Shown here: in pieces, positions 29,121 through 36,642 of the stretch
Layout: every line of letters starts with the position of its first letter
Position numbering within the stretch: the stretch's first letter is position 1
Assembly (NCBI GenBank): GCA_039680665.1
Contig: JBDKSM010000143.1
Span: 31,050 to 95,049, forward strand
Direction of reading: 5' to 3'
DNA from: Syntrophaceae bacterium
GTDB taxonomy: Bacteria; Desulfobacterota; Desulfomonilia; UBA1062
DNA length: 64,000 nucleotides
Notes under the pieces: generated by a model
The model's input: only the letters and a program-made list of their open reading frames with translations
Told to the model about the DNA's origin: nothing
The model's database searches: none
Position numbers and translations under genes: made by a program

Positions 29121-30603
29121 CTTTCACCTCCTGCTCCGAAAATAAGACACTGCGTAAGGCTACCAGGGCCTCACCGTGTTCCGGGGAAGCATTATCCGGG
29201 GCCAGCAAGGCGGCCACACCTTTGACCAGGTTTGGAACCACCGCATCGGTAATCGGTTTGAGGGCTGTTAATCCATCCTGGATGAGCCATTCCGAACAGT
29301 TTTTCAGCTCATCCAGGTCCAGGCAGGTGGCCACGGAGGCGCACAGATTCGTAAGACGCTCGGGGTCATGGGCATGGATGGCATTGGCCAAGCGCAATAC
29401 CGCGCTTAAACCATCGCCCAGTTCCTGGGTATCAAGCCCGGCCATGCCATCGGAAATGGCCTGGAGCACCTCGGCACGAGGCAGCTCTTCCAGTACGCCC
29501 ACCTTCTTGCGCCAGGTGCGTATGGCCGGGTTCTTGAGTTTGGCATAGGCGCCCAGGAGTTCGTACACGAACTCCGGATGATCGCCCAATACCACGGCTT
29601 GGGCCTGGGCCATGAATTCCTTTTCCTCGGCCATGGCCACCTGGGCCTTACGCTTCAGCACCGGATCCATGGCCGCGTAGGCTTCCAGCAGCACGCGCCG
29701 CATATCTCTAGTAGTGAGCGATTCGCCCCCTTCCATGTAGAAGACGCTGCCCATATGCAGCTGCCTGATCACCTCGTTGAGCGAGTTCATGATGGCGCCG
29801 ATGGGCGCGCCTTCGATATCGCGCATCAAGGCAAATAAGAGTTCCGTGAGCAGTTCGGGTGCAATGGGGTTGAGCGAACCCACTACTTCCTGCAAGGCCT
29901 TCACGGCAATGTTGATGGCCCTGACCGCGCTGGCGGCCAGCATCAGCACCTTGGAGGGATATTCCCATAAGATTTCAACGACCTTGGTGACCATGGCCAC
30001 GAGCGGACCTTCACTTGCATCGAGAAGATCCTTGATCTCCGCGAAATCACTGTTTTTGAAAAATGTCTCCAACGGGGTTTGAGCCAGGTCGACCAGCAAG
30101 CCGGGTTCTTTTTCAAGCATGGCGCTCAGCCCCTGCAAACTCGACGTGAACAGCTTGCCGAGCTGCGCGTGGTCGATACCATGCACCATAGCCTTGATGG
30201 CATTGGCCTTCTCTTGTGGTGATAGGGCTTGCATGGCATCCCCCATTCGCGTCAATGCGGCCAAGATGATGTTCACGACCTCCGGCACTGCGCCAAAGAT
30301 ATCGATTATGTTGTGCGGATCGGACCAAAAGACCTCAAGGGCATGACCGTTGTCGCGGGCCGATCGCGGATCGATGAACCCGTAGGCCGCCTTCAGGATG
30401 ACATGCTCGGTCAATTTCTTCTTGACCCGGCTCTGGCCCGACCAAGCATAGAACAGATCGGCGATAACATTTTTAACCACCTCCTTGCCGCCCTGGGTCC
30501 TGATCACGCCGGAGACGATCTTGCTCAAGAGCTCAGCGCCATTGCCGCCCTGCGTCACGCCGTGCTTGTGTTTGAACCATTCTTCCATATCGCTGCCGCT
30601 CAT
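29080..30603 (-). CDS. hypothetical all-helical protein (507 aa) with three copies of a W-x-[DE]...P..(N)..AL motif
   Basis: Start at MSGSDMEEWF (ATG complement 30601-30603) with SD GAGGAGG. ATGA overlap with the upstream gene, and a 41-nt overlap with the downstream BcrC-like gene. No family recognised. Confidence 0.6.
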   Translation of the reverse strand: MSGSDMEEWFKHKHGVTQGGNGAELLSKIVSGVIRTQGGKEVVKNVIADLFYAWSGQSRVKKKLTEHVILKAAYGFIDPRSARDNGHALEVFWSDPHNIIDIFGAVPEVVNIILAALTRMGDAMQALSPQEKANAIKAMVHGIDHAQLGKLFTSSLQGLSAMLEKEPGLLVDLAQTPLETFFKNSDFAEIKDLLDASEGPLVAMVTKVVEILWEYPSKVLMLAASAVRAINIAVKALQEVVGSLNPIAPELLTELLFALMRDIEGAPIGAIMNSLNEVIRQLHMGSVFYMEGGESLTTRDMRRVLLEAYAAMDPVLKRKAQVAMAEEKEFMAQAQAVVLGDHPEFVYELLGAYAKLKNPAIRTWRKKVGVLEELPRAEVLQAISDGMAGLDTQELGDGLSAVLRLANAIHAHDPERLTNLCASVATCLDLDELKNCSEWLIQDGLTALKPITDAVVPNLVKGVAALLAPDNASPEHGEALVALRSVLFSEQEVKGEKRAQRSGKSAQ

Positions 30604-31247
30604 AGCGTTTGCCTCCTCTTCTTCCACGTAGTGAAGCGTTCCCGAACACGGCCGGCCAGCATCTGCGCCGCCCAAGAGAAGAGCTTCGGCCGCTGATCAA
30701 GCACGGCATTGAGGATGGTACCGGTCATCCGGGAAAGTTCATGGGCATCGATATTGGCCATAATACCTTTCGCCAAGGCGGATATCTGGGTGGGATCCTG
30801 GCTGTGGAGGTCATTGACGTTGCGAGCCACCACAGTAATCGCTTTGCCGACGGCTTTGGGCGTGTCCGTACCCGAGGCCCGGATCAGACCCTGGGTGAGC
30901 CGTATGGCAGCCGACCCCGCTTTGTGCAAGGGTTCGGTATCCAGGTCCTCCCTCAGGGCCTGAATAACGGCCAACAACATTGGGGGTGGAAATTTCTCCT
31001 CAGCCTGAATGATCACCTCGCTCAAGGCCCCGATGAGGTAATTGATGATGGCCGGCAGGCCATCGACCAGGGCAAGGGCGACGCCCACATCCTCCCAGAG
31101 GAGCGTGCGCACGAGCTCGGCACCGTTCTTGGGGTTGATGTTAACCAGAGAATTCCAAAGCATCTCTTTGATAAACGGGGTATCAAGGATCTCCTTGAGA
31201 ACACTGCCCGTATACGCGGATGGGATGGTTCCATCGATGCCGTTCAT
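30600..31247 (-). CDS. hypothetical helical protein (215 aa), paralog of 31244..31681
   Basis: Start at MNGIDGTIP (ATG complement 31245-31247) with SD AGGAGG and ATGA overlaps on both sides. It shares LVRTLLWEDVGVAL and FPP..L motifs with the 145-aa neighbour. The Arg/Gly-rich N-terminal 94 aa of the ORF-track version is rejected. Confidence 0.6.
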   Translation of the reverse strand: MNGIDGTIPSAYTGSVLKEILDTPFIKEMLWNSLVNINPKNGAELVRTLLWEDVGVALALVDGLPAIINYLIGALSEVIIQAEEKFPPPMLLAVIQALREDLDTEPLHKAGSAAIRLTQGLIRASGTDTPKAVGKAITVVARNVNDLHSQDPTQISALAKGIMANIDAHELSRMTGTILNAVLDQRPKLFSWAAQMLAGRVRERFTTWKKRRQTL

Positions 31248-31681
31248 ACCCCACCTCCTTCGTCGGACAGGGTCTGAACGCCCGCGTCGGGTGCGTTTTG
31301 GGAAAAGAGCGGTGCAATTTCGGCCAGGATGCGGGATAATCCCGTTGTGACATTCCCCACCGCCACCAAATCTATGTCGGCCAAGATGATCCTGACCACC
31401 TCGCGTAAAAACTCCGGTGGAAAATGGTCGTTGATCTGCGTTACCGTTTCTTCGGCCGCCTTGATGCAGGCATTGGCCACCTTTGGGATGGCATCCGCGA
31501 CTGACAGTGCCACCCCCACATCCTCCCAAATCAAGGTACGCACGAGATCCGGGACGGAACCCGGATCGATGTGATTCAGAAGTGTAGCCAGATTGGCCTT
31601 GAACCCCGGCTTATTGAGCAGGGCCTTGGCGATGCGGTTGCCCAGCTCGAAGATCCCTTTAGTTTTTGCGTTTTCATCCAT
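31244..31681 (-). CDS. hypothetical helical protein (145 aa)
   Basis: MDENAKTKGIFELGNRIAKALLNKPGF...LVRTLIWEDVGVALSVADAIPKVANACIKA. SD GAGGTG lies 6 nt upstream, 13 nt after the ACAD stop. Confidence 0.6.
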   Translation of the reverse strand: MDENAKTKGIFELGNRIAKALLNKPGFKANLATLLNHIDPGSVPDLVRTLIWEDVGVALSVADAIPKVANACIKAAEETVTQINDHFPPEFLREVVRIILADIDLVAVGNVTTGLSRILAEIAPLFSQNAPDAGVQTLSDEGGGV

Positions 31682-31694
31682 GACGCACCTCGCT

Positions 31695-32951
31695 TCACAG
31701 GGTCTTGCAATCGTAGAAATAGCGGGCGCCTTCCATGAGGGCCAGCTGTTTCCCGCCCAGCCAGAGCTGCACCATTTTCATGTCGCGCCAGTGCTTTTCG
31801 ATATCCCACTGCCTGTCCGCGCCGTATTCCTGCAGGATATTCATGGCCCGGCCGGCGTCCTGATAGGTGCGGTCGGCTACAAACATCTTGGTGAGCCGGG
31901 CCTTGGCCACGTTCTGATGGGACCAGCGCGGCCCATACAGGTCGGGCCGATCGAGCACGGCCGCCAGGCCGTACACGGCGCTGCGGCAGGCCTCGATGCC
32001 GCCCGCGATCTCCGCCAGTTCGGCGGCCACGGCCTCGTGTTCATTGAGCGGACGGCCGTGCAGGGTTTTCCGGGCGCAGAAATCACAGAGCTTTTCATAG
32101 ATATCCAGCAAAGGGCCAACGTTGAAAATGGCGGTCAGCATGCCTAAGCACATGACTTCCTTGTAGCGCAGGGCATCCTTGCCCGGCCCCAGTGCCCGGT
32201 AATAGGCCGGCACGCGCACGTCTTCGTACCAGACGTCGCTGTTCTTGTCCGAGGCCACACCGGCCTTTTCATACGGTTTGCCCTGGGTCACGCCGGGCAG
32301 ATCGTCGGGCACGAAGATAAAGGCGATGTCGTCGTCGTTCGAGGAGCCGGGATTGGTGGTGCAGACCACGCCGTGAACATTGGCCACTCCGCCGGAGTTC
32401 GAGGGCCAGAGCTTATGCCCGTTGATTACCCATTCGTCGCCGTCGAGTCTGGCCGTGGTCCGGATGGTACTGCCGTGGATCAGGTCCACGTTCTCGATAT
32501 CCGACCCACCCTGCGGCTCGGTCATGAACAGGCCCCCGAAAAAGAGTTTGTCCTTGGACTGGGCCAGGGGCGCCAGGTCGGCCAGGAGTCTCATATTGTA
32601 TTCAGGCTTCATGGCGATCATGAGCAGCGACCAGTAGCCCGAGGCAAAGGCGATGTTCATGCCCAGGTCGCCGCGCGACATCTCCTCGAAGACCACGGTA
32701 CAGAACGATGCGATGTTGGAGACATTGCCCGCGCCCCACCCGCCCAGCTCCGGCGGCATGAAGGCCTTCTGCCAGCCGATATCGATCATGAGCACCTTGA
32801 GGGCCTCGTCGAAGATCGCATGCGAGTCCCAGTGTTCGTCAAATTCGCGGCGGCGCGGACGCACATAGGTATCCACCCAGTTGCGCATCATGGTGCGCAG
32901 CGTGGAAGCCGGCATGGTGCGGTAGGTCGAGAAATTATACGATTTTTTCAT
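31695..32951 (-). CDS. acyl-CoA dehydrogenase-family protein (418 aa), non-canonical active-site motif
   Basis: ACAD fold motifs (FMTEPQGGSD, INGHKLWPSNSG, EKHWRDMKM). At the position of the canonical I-Y-E-G-T it reads LWLGG. SD AGGAGG; ATGA overlap with the upstream ACAD. Confidence 0.85.
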   Translation of the reverse strand: MKKSYNFSTYRTMPASTLRTMMRNWVDTYVRPRRREFDEHWDSHAIFDEALKVLMIDIGWQKAFMPPELGGWGAGNVSNIASFCTVVFEEMSRGDLGMNIAFASGYWSLLMIAMKPEYNMRLLADLAPLAQSKDKLFFGGLFMTEPQGGSDIENVDLIHGSTIRTTARLDGDEWVINGHKLWPSNSGGVANVHGVVCTTNPGSSNDDDIAFIFVPDDLPGVTQGKPYEKAGVASDKNSDVWYEDVRVPAYYRALGPGKDALRYKEVMCLGMLTAIFNVGPLLDIYEKLCDFCARKTLHGRPLNEHEAVAAELAEIAGGIEACRSAVYGLAAVLDRPDLYGPRWSHQNVAKARLTKMFVADRTYQDAGRAMNILQEYGADRQWDIEKHWRDMKMVQLWLGGKQLALMEGARYFYDCKTL

Positions 32952-34201
32952 GCGTTACCTCCTGATCCGAAAAAGGCCCGGGCGATATCCATCTGCGCGG
33001 GAATGCCGCCCCCCAGATAGGCCTGCATGGTTTTGATATCGCGCCAGTGCTTTTCAAGGTTCCACTCCTTGGAATACCCGGCCGAGGCCATCAGCTCCAT
33101 GCCCCGGTCCATGCCGTGCCAGCACTCGGCAATGGCCTTGAGCGAGGCGGACTGGGCCAGTACGAAACAATCCTCCACGTTCCTGATCCCGAAGACCTCG
33201 GGCTGCGCCATGGCGCGCGCCAGGGAATGCACCAGGAGCCGGGAATTCATGATCGACATGGCCAGGTTTGCCAAAACAGCGGCGCACATGGGGTTGTCGC
33301 GAAAGGGCATGCCGCCCTTGATGACCCGGTTATCGGCCCAGTTTTTCAGGATGACGTAGGCGTCCATGGCCGAACCTACGGCCACGGCCCCGCACAAGAG
33401 GTCGATCCAGGTGATGAAGCGCTTGTAGGTCGCCAGGTTGATGGGGATGCCGTATTGGAGCGGCACTTCCACAGTATCGAAATCGACCGAACAATTTCTG
33501 CTCGCCAGCAGGCCCGTGGTCTTGAGCGGCGCCGAGGCCTTTTTAACCCCCTGGGCGTCCGCGGGCACCAGCACCAGCACGATCTCATTTTGCGCGGCGG
33601 CGATCACGGCATACATATGCGCGTCAAAACCGGAATTCATGGGTCGCGCCTGTCTGGCCCGCACGACCCAGGTGTCGCCCCTGCGTTCTGCCGTGGCTTG
33701 GGCCTCCTTGCCGCTGATCATGGCCCGGGCCGCTTGTCCTGCATCTCCGAGACCGGGCAGGATGATCGATACCAGCTTCATATCCCCGGCATAGAAGGCG
33801 GAGAATACCGCGCGCTTTATCTCTTCCGTCACATGCGGCCCGATAATGCCTTCCGTGAGGAAACAGGCCAGGGCCATCTTCATGGCCGACACATAGGCGA
33901 TTCCCGGATCAGCCCGGCCCATCTCTTCATAGCCGCGCACCAAGGTGGTGGCGACCGTGGGGGCCAGCAGACCCGACCCGCCGGATTCGACCGACCATAC
34001 CATTTCATCGAGGCCCAATTCGCGCGAAAGAATATCCAGGGCCTTCATCTGATGCGCATATACCTCTCTGAACTCCAGGCGTTTGGTGATCAGCTCCTGA
34101 TTGGCCCAGCGCGCCACCGTCTGGGCCATGGAATGGGATTCTTCCGTCTCCCATTCTTTGGGATAGGGGAAATAATCCATAGCGGGGCTTAAGCTTACCA
34201 T
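32948..34201 (-). CDS. acyl-CoA dehydrogenase-family protein (417 aa), non-canonical; probable partner of 31695..32951
   Basis: ACAD-like C-terminus MELMASAGYSKEWNLEKHWRDIKTMQAYLGGG, with AYLGG replacing IYEGT. Start at MVSLSPAMDY (ATG complement 34199-34201) with SD AAGGAGGTGG; the ORF-track start at 34228 is a TTG. Confidence 0.8.
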   Translation of the reverse strand: MVSLSPAMDYFPYPKEWETEESHSMAQTVARWANQELITKRLEFREVYAHQMKALDILSRELGLDEMVWSVESGGSGLLAPTVATTLVRGYEEMGRADPGIAYVSAMKMALACFLTEGIIGPHVTEEIKRAVFSAFYAGDMKLVSIILPGLGDAGQAARAMISGKEAQATAERRGDTWVVRARQARPMNSGFDAHMYAVIAAAQNEIVLVLVPADAQGVKKASAPLKTTGLLASRNCSVDFDTVEVPLQYGIPINLATYKRFITWIDLLCGAVAVGSAMDAYVILKNWADNRVIKGGMPFRDNPMCAAVLANLAMSIMNSRLLVHSLARAMAQPEVFGIRNVEDCFVLAQSASLKAIAECWHGMDRGMELMASAGYSKEWNLEKHWRDIKTMQAYLGGGIPAQMDIARAFFGSGGNA

Positions 34202-34437
34202 AACCACCTCCTTTTGATCTTTATTCAACGTTCAGCGATAGCGCTGCAGTGCATGGAAAAATGACTAAACCGTTATATTGAAGCAATGAACCATGGCAGA
34301 TCACGCTGCAAAAACAGCGCAACAACAAATCACAGAACAACCTGTTCAATACGTTACATATTGTGCCGTCATTCAATCCAGCCCTTGGATATTGTTGCAT
34401 CGAGGCGCGACGCGAGACCGCCCAGCCCGTCGCACGG

Positions 34438-35139
34438 TTATTGCCGTGCATCCGCCGTCAGGTGTGTGGTTACAATGTTCCGAGCGCTCCGATACGGCTC
34501 TTTCCCGACCATCTTGCGCACATTCTTGATGGTATCGACGGCCAAGCTCTTCGTCAGCAGCTGCAGGACGGGCGTTGGAAGCGAGCCTCCGACATCGGCC
34601 AGGATCTGATAGGTCACCTCGGTTTTACCTTCGGCAATGGGCTTCATGATGCAGCAGACCTCGACCAGGGGCAATCGCATCCCTCCCCTCTCCTGGGCGG
34701 GAACAGCTGCGTCCTGGATGCCTTTTCCCCTCAGAGTCAATGTTCCGGTTGTTCTATCCAGGCTGAGTTCGTGTTTCATGATCGCATAGCGGTCGGAAAC
34801 CGGCCAGGGCAGCCCTTGCCTGAAGTAGCTGTAATAGCTGTCCGCGGAACTTGCCTTTTCGGGCGACTCGATCTTATACGCCTTGGAGCACATGAACATC
34901 CACTGCTTCTCAGCCGGGATATCGCGCACTACCGCTTCCAGCACCGCTACCGGTGCATCAACCACTCCGATCGCCTTGGTTTCGTTGACCGGGCTGCGCG
35001 GATTGCTGCGGGCATACCCCATGATGCCGTCACAGGAGCGGATTTGCCTCCATTCGCCGCACGCCTCCTGTCCAAAACCGGCCGAAGACAACAGAAAAAG
35101 TGTCACTGCCACAGCTGCCAAACCGAGCCCTTTCTTCAT
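34438..35139 (-). CDS. exported START/SRPBCC-like lipid-binding protein (tentative)
   Basis: Signal peptide MKKGLGLAAVAVTLFLLSSAGFG. The mature ~210 aa has START-like length and features (..QWMFMC...YYSYFRQGLPWPVSDRYAIM..). SD GGGAGGTG. The fold call is by eye only. Confidence 0.45.
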   Translation of the reverse strand: MKKGLGLAAVAVTLFLLSSAGFGQEACGEWRQIRSCDGIMGYARSNPRSPVNETKAIGVVDAPVAVLEAVVRDIPAEKQWMFMCSKAYKIESPEKASSADSYYSYFRQGLPWPVSDRYAIMKHELSLDRTTGTLTLRGKGIQDAAVPAQERGGMRLPLVEVCCIMKPIAEGKTEVTYQILADVGGSLPTPVLQLLTKSLAVDTIKNVRKMVGKEPYRSARNIVTTHLTADARQ

Positions 35140-35154
35140 GCGAACGCACCTCCC

Positions 35155-36414
35155 TCAAACAATTTCAATTGCACCGAAAACACCTTTATCTTTGAGTTCG
35201 CCGATCTCGTCCACCCTCAATCCAATCTCGGTCAGCACCGCAAGCGTATCCTGGCCGATACGGCACCCGATGCGTTTGTAGACAGGCGCATAGCCGGAAA
35301 ACTTGATCGGACAGGCGAGCTGTTCATAGGATTTGCCGTTCAGGCCCGGGACTTTCACGAGGAGTTCACGCGCGGCGGCGTGTTCGCTCCGGATAGCCTC
35401 GGCAAAGGTCAGCACCGGTTCAAAGCAGGCGTCCTTTTCCTTGAACAAAGCCACCCAATGCGCCAGCGGCTTGGTTCTGATGACCTCGGCCACCTGGCGC
35501 TTGGCCTCTTCAACCCGGCCGGGCTGCAGGACGCTCCCCGCGATGAGGTCCTCGAGCCCGATGGCCGTACAGAAGACCGTGAAGAATTGATGCTCAAGGC
35601 CGCCGAAAGAGATGTATCTCCCATCCGCGGTCTCATAGAAACCATAGAGCGACCCCCCATTGAGCACCTCGTTCTCATAGGTGCTTGGTGCATCGCCGCA
35701 TAATTCCTTTATGGCGGCGGCGGCATGAAAGGGGAACAGCCCATCGGTCATGGAAATATCGATATGCTGGCCCAAACCGGTGGCATGGCGATGAATGACG
35801 GCCGCCAGGATGCCGATTACGGTGTTGTTGGTGCCGGAACCGATATCGGCCAGCTGGGTGCCGAGCAGGGCCGGACCGGTGTCCTTGCGGCCGGAATAGC
35901 TCATGAGACCGGAAAGGGCCAGGTAATTGACATCATGGCCGGCTTTGTCCTTTAATGGCCCGCTCTGGCCGTAGCCGGTCAGGGAACAGTAGATCAAGCC
36001 CGGATTGATGGCACAAAGGCGCTCGAACGAAAGCCCCAAGCGCTCCATGACCCCGGGCCGGAACTGTTCCACCACGATATCGTAGGCCTTGATCATACGC
36101 TCGATAAGGGACACGCTCTCAGTTTTTTTCAGGTCCAGAGAGAGCGAACGTTTATTGCGGTTGAGGTAGGCATGCAGGCATGATATCGGGCCGTCATCCT
36201 CAACATAAGGGGGCGCCAGGCGCGCCAGATCAGGCCTGGTAGGGGATTCAATCCGCACCACATCGGCGCCCAGATCGGCCAGCATCAAAGTGGCCAGAGG
36301 TCCGGGCAGGAGCGTGGTGAAGTCCAGGACCTTGAGTCCGGACAGCAACGATCGTCCGAGATCCTTTGTATCTGCTGTTGATTTTCCCACGATGCCCCCT
36401 TTTCGATCACTCAA
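35155..36414 (-). CDS. family III CoA-transferase (CaiB/BaiF/BbsF-type)
   Basis: LSGLKVLDFTTLLPGPLATLMLADLGADVVRIE...RNKRSL.LDLK...GVMERLG are family III signatures. 36414 is a TTG; an alternative GTG at 36390 has SD AAGGGGG. Confidence 0.9.
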   Translation of the reverse strand: MSDRKGGIVGKSTADTKDLGRSLLSGLKVLDFTTLLPGPLATLMLADLGADVVRIESPTRPDLARLAPPYVEDDGPISCLHAYLNRNKRSLSLDLKKTESVSLIERMIKAYDIVVEQFRPGVMERLGLSFERLCAINPGLIYCSLTGYGQSGPLKDKAGHDVNYLALSGLMSYSGRKDTGPALLGTQLADIGSGTNNTVIGILAAVIHRHATGLGQHIDISMTDGLFPFHAAAAIKELCGDAPSTYENEVLNGGSLYGFYETADGRYISFGGLEHQFFTVFCTAIGLEDLIAGSVLQPGRVEEAKRQVAEVIRTKPLAHWVALFKEKDACFEPVLTFAEAIRSEHAAARELLVKVPGLNGKSYEQLACPIKFSGYAPVYKRIGCRIGQDTLAVLTEIGLRVDEIGELKDKGVFGAIEIV

Positions 36415-36455
36415 ACGTCAATCGTCTCTTTTAAAAACCACGCACCCCGAGAAGG

Positions 36456-36483
36456 GGGAGGGGCGAGCACACTCGCCCCTCCC
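36456..36483 (-). other. perfect 12-bp GC-rich stem-loop in the 228-nt spacer between the large ACAD gene and the CoA-transferase gene
   Basis: GGGAGGGGCGAG-caca-CTCGCCCCTCCC. On the minus-strand transcript a GGTTTTTAAAAG run follows about 20 nt later. This may be an attenuator, a partial terminator or an mRNA-stabilising element. Confidence 0.45.
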
Positions 36484-36642
36484 TATGTCGGAGCGGGCTC
36501 ATGACCCCTGCCCCTGGAGGGTTAAGGCGGGGCAAAGGTTGACAAGAAATGAAGGGAACGTTCTCGGCCGTTTTTCCATCCCGTTCATATTCTTCCGCTC
36601 TTCCGCAGCATGCCTCATTGTGATCGTGGCGCCTCCATGACT

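Noticed and set aside
30604-30675. Longer N-termini offered by the ORF track for the helical proteins (30675 for the 531-aa version; 31529 for the 309-aa version)
   Set aside because: The extensions are Gly/Arg/Cys-rich read-through of the upstream gene's alternative frame. Internal ATGs at 30603 and 31247 have strong SDs and give exact ATGA coupling.
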